A stretch of 44,654 bases of DNA from an uncultured Pseudomonadales bacterium (GCA_964638575.1 CAZWYN010000003.1:1-44654), one strand, 5' to 3'; shown: positions 26,206 through 36,240, counted from the stretch's first letter. Numbers and translations: made by a program. The notes: a model not told the origin generated them from the sequence alone.

Positions 26206-27789
26206 TCATTCTGTTACTCCGTTAGCCTGCAAAAACACTTCCAAACGACATAAATTTCCAAAACAAAGATAGTGCTCTTTGACTATTTCTTTAATATTAC
26301 CCGCACGCAAAGCCTTAAGTAAATCTTCCGCTTGAACAACTCCCAATTTACCCAACACCGAGTTCTCCAGAATCTTAATCAAAATATCTTTTTTTTCATC
26401 CAAGAATCGATAAACTTGTTCATGGTAAGGTAGTTTTACCCGGTACTGCTCGGGAATGAATGCTTTTGTATTTCCAAAATATATTTTCTGTTTGTTGACT
26501 GTGTTTCCCTTTTTGTCTTTTGGCAGTCTTTGGGAAAGCCTTAACATAGGCAGGGTATCATAAGGATTGCTCGCCCATGTTTCCGTTTCCCAATAAATCG
26601 GAAAATAGCTTTGTTCTCCAACTGCCGAACCATATCTATTGCCATAAAACTTTGTCGATTTAGCCCTCTCCTCACTCACCAATCGATCATAGGCCGTTTT
26701 TGTATAAATATTTTCAGCACCCTCTTTGGCATATTCCTTGATAAATTTATGTTCATTCTTATTAATATCACCCAAGTACTCCGGAAGGTCACTCGCGTGT
26801 AAAAATTCATCTCCACCATTTCCGGTAAAACTCACCACATTCTTTCCAAACAGTTTTGCCTTTTCTCTATCGATTATCAAATACAAAGACAAAGAATGCC
26901 AGGCAGGAAAAAAATGAGTCGCGTTCCATTTCAAGTCTTCCTCGTCATGAAAAAATAAAATATTTGTTACGTCAAAAAACTTGCAGTTTACCCCATTGAC
27001 TTTCGACCATCTTGCCACGATATTCGGATCACTGTCATCATTGTTTTTTTTGGTATACCAGCTATACCCGGTAAAATCTGCCCCCAAATTTTTCATCAGA
27101 TAACCCACCATCATGCAATCAAACCCGCTCGAAAAATCACAAACGAGGGGTTTGTCTTTAAAATATTTCACCCTCTTCTTAATTGCTGTCATTAAGGTGT
27201 TTTCAATTTCTTTAGTGGCTTCAGTAGGACTCAAGTCCTTTCCGGGATTTGCAATTATTTCTTTAAGATCAACTAGTTCTTCAACCTGGTATTTCAAATC
27301 GCTTTCTATGGTCAGCAAACATCCGGCCGGTAGTCTGGAAACACCATCGATAAAGGTCTTATCTGTTTGGTAAATAAAATATTCTTGCAATAGATAATCC
27401 AACACCTCATCTTTATTTATTTTTGGTTTTTTTATTTCCTTAAAAACCTCATAAAAATCCGGAGAAAGGTAAAGCGCGTCACCTTCTCTCGCAAAATATA
27501 ATGGAAACATGCCCGACATGCCCACCATTACCTTCACCTCATTCTTTTTTTTGTTCCAAAGTACCATTAATAAATCTCCATCTATTAGGGCTATCTTTTT
27601 CTCTCCCCCGGCTATCATCAACTTCACTTTTTCCTCAAAGGATACCCCATCATAATCAACCTGATACCCCCAAGCTTTGTAATCGCCATCTTCATAGACT
27701 ACTTTTTCCGGCAACTCCCTTTCGGGCCAAACTGCCTCTAGATCCAGTCCACCACCAATTCTCTTGAGAGTTATTTTAGGAAAAACCAT
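26206..27789 (-). CDS. Asparagine synthetase-like ATP-dependent amide ligase (lasso cyclase-like, no N-terminal Cys)
   Basis: G.FPLYF, T.IDGVSRLPAG, FSSGFDC (PP-loop variant), TGNGGDEF, NPY. Confidence 0.8.
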   Translation of the reverse strand: MVFPKITLKRIGGGLDLEAVWPERELPEKVVYEDGDYKAWGYQVDYDGVSFEEKVKLMIAGGEKKIALIDGDLLMVLWNKKKNEVKVMVGMSGMFPLYFAREGDALYLSPDFYEVFKEIKKPKINKDEVLDYLLQEYFIYQTDKTFIDGVSRLPAGCLLTIESDLKYQVEELVDLKEIIANPGKDLSPTEATKEIENTLMTAIKKRVKYFKDKPLVCDFSSGFDCMMVGYLMKNLGADFTGYSWYTKKNNDDSDPNIVARWSKVNGVNCKFFDVTNILFFHDEEDLKWNATHFFPAWHSLSLYLIIDREKAKLFGKNVVSFTGNGGDEFLHASDLPEYLGDINKNEHKFIKEYAKEGAENIYTKTAYDRLVSEERAKSTKFYGNRYGSAVGEQSYFPIYWETETWASNPYDTLPMLRLSQRLPKDKKGNTVNKQKIYFGNTKAFIPEQYRVKLPYHEQVYRFLDEKKDILIKILENSVLGKLGVVQAEDLLKALRAGNIKEIVKEHYLCFGNLCRLEVFLQANGVTE

Positions 27790-27806
27790 AATTCACATTT
27801 TCTATA

Positions 27807-27959
27807 TTAATAATGAGGCCTTCGTCCTTCGGGATAACGGCTACTTTTTCTGTTACACTCTACCTCCATCGAAATCATTTCCTTCTTGGTTTTTTCCTGA
27901 CTTGCTACTTCTTCAATATTTATCTCTTCAGCTTTTTTTATTGTTTCAACTTCACTCAT
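27807..27959 (-). CDS. 50-aa peptide (not in ORF track), candidate precursor
   Basis: SD AAAGGAGGTGA; ATGA overlap with upstream stop; MSEVETIKKAEEINIEEVASQEKTKKEMISMEVECNRKSSRYPEGRRPHY. Confidence 0.65.
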   Translation of the reverse strand: MSEVETIKKAEEINIEEVASQEKTKKEMISMEVECNRKSSRYPEGRRPHY

Positions 27960-29221
27960 CCGAAATCACCTCCTTTCATATTAGGCTCCAATTTATTGGC
28001 TGAGGACATTACTGTTTCGACATCCACAATCGCATACAATAAGGATTTCAGCGGTCCAAATAATAGGTAAGTATTCAACATGTATAAGGGATTTTCCTTT
28101 TGGTTAGCACCCAAAAAACACTTGTTAAAAATCTCCGCGCTTAACTCCGGTAATTTTTTTGGGGTGTTACGGTAAACTTCCAACTCAAACAGGGCAATCT
28201 GTAAATCAATCAGTTTGTTTCCCAAATATGCCCCATAGACTTTTGGGGAATATTTTTTCAATAATCTCAACACAATTTCCGATACATTCTTCTCCTGAAG
28301 ATATCTTCCCTGTCCCAAATAATCGGCGCCTTTACTCATGTCCTCCATCATTAAAATTACATGACTAAATTCATGTATTAAATCCAAAATTTGATGCCTT
28401 GAATTAACCTTCTTTCGAATTGTCACCAAAAAAGAATCTGTCTCCGTCATATACTTTGTTGCTGCTCCATCTCCCAAAGAAACTTGTATCTTCTTTTTGT
28501 TTTTTCTTAACACTGGATAATCAGCAGCCATCAACTCCAGTAGTTCGTCGGCAGATTTAATTTTCAAAAATTCCTGAGCACAAATATAACAAGGTGCCGA
28601 AGAATACTCACTAAAAAATTCATCTTTCTTTACCACAATTTCTTTCACCTGCTCGTTACAATACTCAATGTATTTATCCAAATTGGCCAAAAAAAACTGA
28701 AAGGTTTCCTTGGGAATTTTGTCATTTACTAAATTAAACTCAACATAGTCTCTGTAGCCTTTCTTTACTGCCATAATATTTTTTGAATCGACCACCTTCA
28801 AATATTTTTTCTCAAAATCTGCAAACAAAGGTTCCTTAGTTTTCCAATATTTTTTCCGCTCACTAAAGGGCAATTTTACAAACAACTCTTCTGCTGTGTT
28901 CTCCAGTAAACTTTTTGGGGTCGATTGTAACAATTCCGCCAAAGATGACGAAGCAGGATTACTGCTATTTATTGAGACTTTTTCAATTGTTTTTTCCCCA
29001 ATATCGGTAATTATTTTTTTTCGAACACAATAAACTACATATGCTTCTAGAGATGCTATTTTTGGACCTGGAAGTTTTCCATATCTCTCAATCGCACTCC
29101 GTTTCTCCTCTTCGGCAATTAAAACAATGTCTTCAGCTGAGTCGGTTAAGTTGTTTTCCCGATAAACACTTTCATATTCGTGTGCAACTTGTTCAACTTT
29201 AATTTGACCATTATCAATCAT
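27956..29221 (-). CDS. M3 (oligopeptidase F)-like zinc metallopeptidase
   Basis: NIMAVKKGYRDYVEFNL, LIHEFSH (HEXXH), downstream E, ALFELEVY. Confidence 0.7.
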   Translation of the reverse strand: MIDNGQIKVEQVAHEYESVYRENNLTDSAEDIVLIAEEEKRSAIERYGKLPGPKIASLEAYVVYCVRKKIITDIGEKTIEKVSINSSNPASSSLAELLQSTPKSLLENTAEELFVKLPFSERKKYWKTKEPLFADFEKKYLKVVDSKNIMAVKKGYRDYVEFNLVNDKIPKETFQFFLANLDKYIEYCNEQVKEIVVKKDEFFSEYSSAPCYICAQEFLKIKSADELLELMAADYPVLRKNKKKIQVSLGDGAATKYMTETDSFLVTIRKKVNSRHQILDLIHEFSHVILMMEDMSKGADYLGQGRYLQEKNVSEIVLRLLKKYSPKVYGAYLGNKLIDLQIALFELEVYRNTPKKLPELSAEIFNKCFLGANQKENPLYMLNTYLLFGPLKSLLYAIVDVETVMSSANKLEPNMKGGDFG

Positions 29222-29244
29222 TTTGTAAATATATTCTAACTCAT

Positions 29245-29271
29245 AAAAAAGGAAGGGGTATTAACCCTTCC
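29245..29271 (-). terminator. Intrinsic terminator
   Basis: Minus strand GGAAGGG-TTAATAC-CCCTTCC followed by TTTTTT. Confidence 0.75.
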
Positions 29272-29288
29272 AAATTCCGAATAAAGTA

Positions 29289-29486
29289 CTACTTATCAGG
29301 AGTTACAACATTTTCAGGCGACTGGTTACACCCAACACCGGTTCCTGAAGAACTTTCAAATTGAAGACTCTTTTCAACGGCTTCTTGGGGTGTGAAGGAC
29401 ACTCTTTGATCAGCACTGATGTAATAAGTACCATCATCGTCCTGCTTCTTACCATCACCATCTTGCTTCTTACCAGGATCTGCCAT
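29289..29486 (-). CDS. 65-aa acidic peptide with GKKQD repeat
   Basis: SD AAGGAG before ATG 29486; own terminator. Confidence 0.65.
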   Translation of the reverse strand: MADPGKKQDGDGKKQDDDGTYYISADQRVSFTPQEAVEKSLQFESSSGTGVGCNQSPENVVTPDK

Positions 29487-29602
29487 CTCTTTTCTCCTTA
29501 TATCAGAATGTGCGTAGGTGAGACTCAATTGCTCACCCTCTTGTCATATTATAAGTTATACTGTCCATAGTGTCAATACTGCCAACAATGTTAAACTGAT
29601 TT

Positions 29603-32600
29603 GTGGCCAAGAATATTACCAAAGCAAAGCACCGCTTTCCTCTTCGAGAGCTTCGTCACCTAAGCAAACTCGTCACCCGTCTCTGGCCGGTTATTGCCCT
29701 CCTTTTTGTCACCCTTCTCCTCATCTTCTTAAACTACGAACCAAACACTTTTCTCACCGGCTGGGATAATCTTCACCCTGAGTATGACATCGCCGAAAAC
29801 CTCCGTAGAGCTCTTTTCTCCGTCTGGCAAGAATATCGTGGACCCGGACTACTTGGTGGCATGGCTCATGCCGCCGACCTTCCTCGTGTTCTTTTGGTCT
29901 GGATTCTTCTCGCCGCCAAACTCACCCCGGACCTAATTCGATATCTCACCACGTTCCTTCCTCTGGTTCTCGGCCCCCTTGGTGTCTACCTCCTTTTTTA
30001 CAATCATCTTTTCAAAGGCAAGCTCGACGCCAAAACCATTCAGTTTGCTTCCTTTCTTGGTGCTCTCTACTATCTCTTAAATCTCAACACTCTCCAGACT
30101 TTCTTCGTCCCTTTCGAAACTTTCACTTGGTTCTATGGTGCCCTCCCTTGGCTTTTGTACTTCACCATCACCTACCTTCAAAAACCCACCAAAATTAATC
30201 TCTTCGTCCTCTTCATTATGGCCTTCCTCTCCGCTCCCTCCTTTTATGTCGAGACCATTTTTCTCGTCTTCTTTGTCGCCATCCTTCCTTTCTTTGTCGA
30301 GTTTTTAAGACAACAAAAACACAAAGCTCAACATCTAAAAACCTCCGTTCTCTCCCTTTTTGCTCTTGTCATTCCCCATCTTTTCTGGCTCCTCCCCGTT
30401 GCTTTTTTTGTCATCACCAACGGCACCGTTCCTGAGCAAGCCAAAAACAATCTTCTCTCTTCTCCCGAAACCTATGCCCGGAATCTCCAGTTTGCCACCC
30501 TTAAAGACACTGCCCTTATGAAGGGATACCTCTTTAACTATCTCGACCTTGGCCAAGACAACAAGTACACCTATCTCCTCTCCGTCTGGCGCAGTCACCT
30601 TGACATCTCCATCATCAGTCTCCTTGGGTTCCTCTCCTTCGTTCTTGTTCTTACCGGTCTCTACTACTCTTTCAAAAAACGCTTTGCCTGGACCAAGTCC
30701 TTCGTTGCTCTTCTCGCTCTCTGTTTCTTTTTCCTCCTCGGAGGTGGTTTACTATTCAACAACAAAATTCCCCTCATCGGCGAACTTTTCCGTTCTCCCT
30801 TCACTAAGTTTTCCATTCCTCTCTCCCTGGCTTACTCTTTCTTTTTTTCCATTGGCACCATTTTTTTACTGGATATTTTTTCTTTTCTTCATACCAGACT
30901 AACCTACTACCTTACCCTCTTTACCGTTGCCTTTTCTCTCGTTCTCTTTATGTCTCCGGCTTTCTCCGGCAACCTCATCTCTCCCTCAATGCGCCAACGG
31001 GTACCTCAGGAATACTTTGATTTTTTTGCCTACATGAAAACCCAAGACAGAGCCACTCGTGTGGCCAACTTTCCCCAGTTCTCCTTTTGGGGTTGGGAAA
31101 GTTATGACTGGGGATATCGTGGTTCAGGTTTCCTTTGGTATGGCCTGCGTCAGCCTTTGCTGGATCGCGCCTTCGATGTTTGGGACAAAAACAGTGAAAA
31201 GTACTACGAGGAAATGAGTACCGCTCTCTACTCCGACAATCAAAATGCATTTGAAGGTGTCCTCGACAAATACTCAGTTAACTGGATCCTCATTGACGAA
31301 CATATTACTCTTCCTGAAAACGCTACCGACTCCGGTCTAGTTACCCTTAAAAAATACGTCACCAACTCCTCCAAATTTTCCCTGAATCAAAAATTCGGCG
31401 ACAAAATCTCTCTCTACCAAGTTGCTTTAAAAGATAAACCGCAAAACTTTATCTCCCTCCAAAGCCCCGCCGGAATCACCCGCCCCTTTGACTCTCTTTC
31501 TCTTCGCCCCAACACCGACTGGACCAAAAAGGGCGAATATCTAAACATTGCGTCCTCGACAGTCGGCAACGAAGGAGATACCCTCACCATCCCTTCTCTT
31601 ACCTCTTCCGAAACTCTTCTCCCTGTCCGTGTCGAGTACCAAAAACTGGGTAGTAGTCTCAACCTTCGTCTTACTCCCGTCATTCCTACAATTTTCCTGG
31701 ACAGTAGTCAAATAGATCTCCAAACCAACGCTCTTACTCTCGTCATTCCGGGAACTACCGGCACCGGTTTCATTCTCGAACTGGACAAAAACTACTTTGA
31801 ACTCCAGCTCCCGGCCGAGATTGATAGTTTCTCCGATTTCTATCCCCTCACGACCGTCTATCTCCCCAGTCACGATACCTTCTCTGTCTCTCTCTTCTCT
31901 AGCTCCGAAATCGCCTCGTACGACCTCACCGACAGGCTTAGTGAAGCCACTCCCGACCAGTGTTACAAAATAAAACCCAATCGCAAGGTCGAAAAAATCA
32001 CTACCCAAAATGGTATTTCTTTAATCGGCACCGACGTCGTTGGCTGTCTCTCCGCCCCTCTTCCGTACTCCTCCCGAGGTAATCTCATCTCCCTTGCTTT
32101 TACTTACTCCTCACCCACTCTCACCTCGGCCAGTGTCAATATCTCAGGGTCGGATCTCTCTGCCCAAAGTCTTCCCCAACCGCTCGAAACCAAAGAAAAA
32201 CCTTCTCGTGCCCGCATTTTCACTCCCTCTACCGGAGCTTTCCAGCAAGTAAACTTACTCCTCGAAGCCGGGGAGACCAAAACCGTCAAGGAAACAAACT
32301 ACGACAACATCGAGATCACCATCCTTCCCCTAATTTACTCCTCCAATACCTCTCTCCCGCTCATTCCTCAAAAAAACATCGTTCTCAAAAATAAGATTGA
32401 ACGTGTTCAGGTATCTCTTCTCCAAACAGACACCGAGCTCGACATAAATGAGACTCCGGAAGCCAACAGTCTCTTCCCTGAAAACCTTAACTGCGATCAA
32501 TGGAACGATGGCAAAACGGTCAAACAGGTCACCAAGGATGGTTTCCTCTACCAAAGTCAAAACGCTACCGAATGCGATATTTTAAGTCTTCGTCACCTAC

Positions 32601-33292
32601 CTCACACCCTCAACTATCTCCTCTCTTTCGATTACCGTTTTCAAAGAGGTCTTGCTCCGACTGTCTGTCTTGAGAACCACTCCTCCCGTCGCTGTGATGT
32701 CCACGAGCGTCTCCTCAAAACCAACCAAACCCAGTCTCTCATTCAGCCCATCACCAACCCCTCCGAAGCCCCTGGTTTTACTCTCCATATTTACAACCAA
32801 TCTTTTGGCAATCGCATCACCTCAAATCTCCTCAAGTCTATCTCCCTTCGCCCCATTCCTCTCCAGTTCCTCCAAGATATCTCCATCTCTTCTCCTATCA
32901 CTGACTCCCCATCACAGATCATAAGCTCCACCCATCCCTATCCCTTTCTTTACACCGCTAATATAGCAAACGGCCAAGGTTCACTCAGCCTCTATCAAAC
33001 CCAATCGCCCTCGTGGAAGGCCATACAGGTATCCGGAACAGACACCAAAATACCCTCATGGTTACTTTCTCTTATCACCCCTTTTGTCTCTCCTTTCTTG
33101 CCCAGGCTGGATCCAACCAATACCTCTTCGTGGCACAACTCCTGGAATCTGCCGGAAGGTAACTCCAGCCTCCTTCTTGTCTACCTCCCTCAGTATCTTG
33201 AGTTCTTTGGTCTCACCCTTTTGGTTCTCACCCCCATCGTTGCCCTCGTCATTTTCCTCACCCTTAATCGCTACCCAAAAAAAGACGAGTAG
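29603..33292 (+). CDS. Large polytopic membrane protein (GT-C/YfhO-like N-terminal region plus extracellular domains)
   Basis: >10 TM helices in first ~460 aa, GWDN early loop, FRSPFTKF, C-terminal TM. Confidence 0.7.
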   Translation: MAKNITKAKHRFPLRELRHLSKLVTRLWPVIALLFVTLLLIFLNYEPNTFLTGWDNLHPEYDIAENLRRALFSVWQEYRGPGLLGGMAHAADLPRVLLVWILLAAKLTPDLIRYLTTFLPLVLGPLGVYLLFYNHLFKGKLDAKTIQFASFLGALYYLLNLNTLQTFFVPFETFTWFYGALPWLLYFTITYLQKPTKINLFVLFIMAFLSAPSFYVETIFLVFFVAILPFFVEFLRQQKHKAQHLKTSVLSLFALVIPHLFWLLPVAFFVITNGTVPEQAKNNLLSSPETYARNLQFATLKDTALMKGYLFNYLDLGQDNKYTYLLSVWRSHLDISIISLLGFLSFVLVLTGLYYSFKKRFAWTKSFVALLALCFFFLLGGGLLFNNKIPLIGELFRSPFTKFSIPLSLAYSFFFSIGTIFLLDIFSFLHTRLTYYLTLFTVAFSLVLFMSPAFSGNLISPSMRQRVPQEYFDFFAYMKTQDRATRVANFPQFSFWGWESYDWGYRGSGFLWYGLRQPLLDRAFDVWDKNSEKYYEEMSTALYSDNQNAFEGVLDKYSVNWILIDEHITLPENATDSGLVTLKKYVTNSSKFSLNQKFGDKISLYQVALKDKPQNFISLQSPAGITRPFDSLSLRPNTDWTKKGEYLNIASSTVGNEGDTLTIPSLTSSETLLPVRVEYQKLGSSLNLRLTPVIPTIFLDSSQIDLQTNALTLVIPGTTGTGFILELDKNYFELQLPAEIDSFSDFYPLTTVYLPSHDTFSVSLFSSSEIASYDLTDRLSEATPDQCYKIKPNRKVEKITTQNGISLIGTDVVGCLSAPLPYSSRGNLISLAFTYSSPTLTSASVNISGSDLSAQSLPQPLETKEKPSRARIFTPSTGAFQQVNLLLEAGETKTVKETNYDNIEITILPLIYSSNTSLPLIPQKNIVLKNKIERVQVSLLQTDTELDINETPEANSLFPENLNCDQWNDGKTVKQVTKDGFLYQSQNATECDILSLRHLPHTLNYLLSFDYRFQRGLAPTVCLENHSSRRCDVHERLLKTNQTQSLIQPITNPSEAPGFTLHIYNQSFGNRITSNLLKSISLRPIPLQFLQDISISSPITDSPSQIISSTHPYPFLYTANIANGQGSLSLYQTQSPSWKAIQVSGTDTKIPSWLLSLITPFVSPFLPRLDPTNTSSWHNSWNLPEGNSSLLLVYLPQYLEFFGLTLLVLTPIVALVIFLTLNRYPKKDE

Positions 33293-33297
33293 ATAAT

Positions 33298-33327
33298 AAA
33301 AACCCCGGTAAAATACCGGGGGTGTTT
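33298..33327. terminator. Bidirectional terminator
   Basis: AAAAA-CCCCGGT-AAAAT-ACCGGGG-GTGTTT between convergent genes. Confidence 0.7.
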
Positions 33328-33328
33328 C

Positions 33329-33547
33329 TCAATCCAGACTCTTAAAGTAATACATACCGTATTGTTCGGGATGTCCATCGTTGGGCAATACATTTACGAG
33401 CGACCAACCGGCAGCACCGGCACAAGTCATCGCCTCAAAAGCAGACAATCCCATCAACATTCGTCTCAAAACCTCATCTAACACTTGAACTTTTGATACT
33501 TTTCCGGCACAGATTTCAAGAACCAAATACTTCCATTTCTCATCCAT
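33329..33547 (-). CDS. DUF4177-like small protein
   Basis: KWKYLV ... GAAGWSLV ... YYFK pattern; SD GAGGGAG. Confidence 0.6.
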   Translation of the reverse strand: MDEKWKYLVLEICAGKVSKVQVLDEVLRRMLMGLSAFEAMTCAGAAGWSLVNVLPNDGHPEQYGMYYFKSLD

Positions 33548-33657
33548 TTTTTCTCCCTCAAATAGACAATATTAACTACCAAAAAGCCTCACAATAGGGG
33601 TGATGACGTGCCTGCCCAACTCGTCATCACTCCCCACTCTGAGGCCTTTTGTTCTAG

Positions 33658-33773
33658 TTGACAGTAAATTTTTGTAGTGTTAATCTGTAGGTGGTTGATG
33701 GAAACTGTCCTTTCATTAACCACTGCAAAAAAGCATTGCTATTCGAGTTAGGCTACGGTAGTAATGCTTTTTT
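33658..33773 (+). ncRNA. Candidate sRNA (promoter, hairpin, terminator)
   Basis: TTGACA(33658)-17-TAATCT; 13-bp hairpin; AAAAAAGCATTGCTA/TAGTAATGCTTTTTT terminator. Confidence 0.5.
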
Positions 33774-34134
33774 CTTGCCTAGATTAAAGGCTAAAAAAAC
33801 TCACTTATTCCAGGTTCAAAATTTTAAGGTTTATCCGGTTTTATCGGCTGGCCACCACCAACTGTTGGCCCATTTTACCCATTTTGGCAATCTGAAAAGA
33901 CACGGCTCTACGGCCAAAACTACGGTTAACGCGAACCGATTTTTTACGAGAATTCACTAATTTGATGAGCAGTTTTATCATTAGTTTTTTAAATTTACTG
34001 GATCTATCTGAAAATATATCACACTCTGTCAAGCATATCAACCTATAGCCGATTTTAACCATACCCTATACTATTTTTAGCCTCAAATATACCCCCTACA
34101 GGTCTCCCCTTTTGTCGTGTATATTAAAGATAGA

Positions 34135-35454
34135 ATGTCCAAATCCACTACCGTCTTTTTCTGTAACAGCTGTGGCAACGAGTTTGCCAAGTGGTCTGGC
34201 CAGTGCCCCGCTTGCCATGAATGGAACACTCTCGTCGAAGCCACTCCTTTCTTGAAAACTCAAAGGGGCGGTACCAAAAAAGTCTCCACCAAACCCGCCG
34301 AGTCTTTCTCGATTAAAGACGCCCTCACCTCCCAGGTAGGCTATACCCTCTCCACCGGCATTGGCGAGTTTGACCGTGTCCTTGGTCCCGGAATCACCCG
34401 TGGTGGTGTCTACCTGCTTGCCGGCCAACCCGGTATCGGCAAGTCTACTCTACTGACCCAACTGGCCATCTCTGTCAAAAGTGATGTCTACTATATCTGT
34501 TCGGAAGAAAACCCAGCTCAAGTTGCCACCAGAATCAAACGCCTTAGTAAGAAAGAAACTCCCCACATTCACCTTTTAAACACCTCTCTCGTCGATAGCG
34601 TCTGTGAAACCATCGCTAAAAACCCTAACTCCCTCATCATCATCGACTCCATCCAGTCCGTTTACACCAACCAAAACGTCACCACCCCCGGATCTCCATC
34701 CCAGATAAGAGATAGCGCTTCGTTACTCATCCAGACCGCCAAAGAACACTCAACTCCCCTCATAATAGTTGGACACGTTACCAAAGATGGCAACATTGCT
34801 GGACCAAAAATGCTTGAACACATGGTTGATACAGTTCTTGAATTAAATGGCGATAGACAGCACCTTTTACGCTTGCTTAGAACCATAAAAAACCGCTTTG
34901 GTCCGACCGACGAAGCTGGTATCTTTCAAATGACCGGTAGTGGCCTAGAAGAAGTCAAGGATCCGGGTGCAATTCTTTTGGAAGGTCGCATTAAGAGTGC
35001 TCCGGGTTCCTGTCTTACCATGATTATGGAAGGGACTAGGCCTCTTACTGTCGAAATTCAAGCTCTTGTTGTTTCTTCTCCCCTCCCTATTCCGCGCCGA
35101 ATTGCCAAAGGTATTTCCACCAACCGTCTCCAGCTTATCTGCGCCATTCTCACCAAGCATCTCCACCTTCCCATCGGTGAAAAAGACGTCTTTGTCAACG
35201 TCACTGGCGGTTTAGACATCAAAGATCCGGGAGCCGATCTCGGTATCGCCCTAGCCATCATCTCTTCAGCCAAAGACACCCCTCTCCCCGAAAACTCCAT
35301 TTGTTTTGGCGAGCTTGGGCTTCTGGGAGAGATTCGCAAGGTTGGTTTCTCCGACAAAATGCTCAAAGAAGCCAAAGCCCTCGGCTACGACAAAATTTTC
35401 TCTCCGGACACTCACAAAACCATTCGCGCCATTTCTTTTTCTGGTAAAAAATAG
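34135..35454 (+). CDS. radA: DNA repair protein RadA/Sms
   Basis: CNSCG..KWSGQCPAC Zn finger, GQPGIGKST, DSIQ, KNRFG, Lon-like C-terminus. Confidence 0.97.
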   Translation: MSKSTTVFFCNSCGNEFAKWSGQCPACHEWNTLVEATPFLKTQRGGTKKVSTKPAESFSIKDALTSQVGYTLSTGIGEFDRVLGPGITRGGVYLLAGQPGIGKSTLLTQLAISVKSDVYYICSEENPAQVATRIKRLSKKETPHIHLLNTSLVDSVCETIAKNPNSLIIIDSIQSVYTNQNVTTPGSPSQIRDSASLLIQTAKEHSTPLIIVGHVTKDGNIAGPKMLEHMVDTVLELNGDRQHLLRLLRTIKNRFGPTDEAGIFQMTGSGLEEVKDPGAILLEGRIKSAPGSCLTMIMEGTRPLTVEIQALVVSSPLPIPRRIAKGISTNRLQLICAILTKHLHLPIGEKDVFVNVTGGLDIKDPGADLGIALAIISSAKDTPLPENSICFGELGLLGEIRKVGFSDKMLKEAKALGYDKIFSPDTHKTIRAISFSGKK

Positions 35455-35565
35455 GTGTCAGACTTGACTTTTTAGCCTCTCCGTAGTATTATAGGACTCA
35501 TTCTCAGCCCAACGACGGGCTTGCTCCTTAAATCCTTTTATATCGTCTGTCTTAGGAGATTTCTC

Positions 35566-36204
35566 ATGCAAAAGTTCCTGTTTTCCCCTACCGCCATTCC
35601 CAACGTTTGTATATCCATTTTTGACCAGTCAGGCCGCACCATCGCTCCGAATGAGGATAATGGTTTTCTCGGCGTTTTTCGCCACGGAACCAAAATCAAC
35701 CTGCACCTGGAGGTTAAAGGTGAACACAACTGTTTCACCCTCAACCCCCAAGGATTACAAAAGGTCCCCAAGGCAAAAAACGAACTAGGGTATACGAAGA
35801 ATTTCACTGTCAACTGCCAGACAGGCACCGGACAAATTGCCCGTTGGCCAGCTAACATGGTCTGTATGGAGACTCCCGGTCACTCGTATAACATTGGCCT
35901 TGCCAATCAAAACGGACGTTTTTTCTTCGTCATTGAGGAATACTCGCCCTCACCCGAGAACCTTCCCGAAGGCCTGGTCGTCTCCTTCTCCCTACTCCGC
36001 GGAGTAGGAACCGTGGCCTTCAAGTCTGGCTTTGATGCTCGGCTTCATTGGAAGGCCGTCCCCTTTAATCGCCATGTCGGACTGCGTCTTATGCAGACAG
36101 GCGACCTGCTTGAATGGGAAAAGAACGATCTCGTTGACCTAGGAGGAGATACTTCCTTCCGCTACGAGATTAAGAGGTGTAAAAACCTCAGCCTGCCTCA
36201 CTAA
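35566..36204 (+). CDS. Hypothetical protein
   Basis: TTGACT(35464)-17-TATTAT promoter, SD AGGAG, ATG 35566; terminator follows. Confidence 0.7.
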   Translation: MQKFLFSPTAIPNVCISIFDQSGRTIAPNEDNGFLGVFRHGTKINLHLEVKGEHNCFTLNPQGLQKVPKAKNELGYTKNFTVNCQTGTGQIARWPANMVCMETPGHSYNIGLANQNGRFFFVIEEYSPSPENLPEGLVVSFSLLRGVGTVAFKSGFDARLHWKAVPFNRHVGLRLMQTGDLLEWEKNDLVDLGGDTSFRYEIKRCKNLSLPH

Positions 36205-36211
36205 AGTAAAA

Positions 36212-36238
36212 AGCCCCGCTAACCCGGGGCTTATTTTT
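36212..36238 (+). terminator. Intrinsic terminator
   Basis: AGCCCCG-CTAACC-CGGGGCT followed by TATTTTT. Confidence 0.75.
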
Positions 36239-36240
36239 AT

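Noticed and set aside
27854-27905. Lasso-like core SGKNQEGNDFDGGRV in an alternative frame of the 50-aa peptide
   Set aside because: In-frame stops lie just upstream and there is no start; it would need an unsupported frameshift.
33691-34062. 89-aa (+) and 73-aa (-) ORFs; possible DnaA boxes
   Set aside because: No SD or motifs, the + ORF runs through a terminator, and there are no full TTATCCACA matches.
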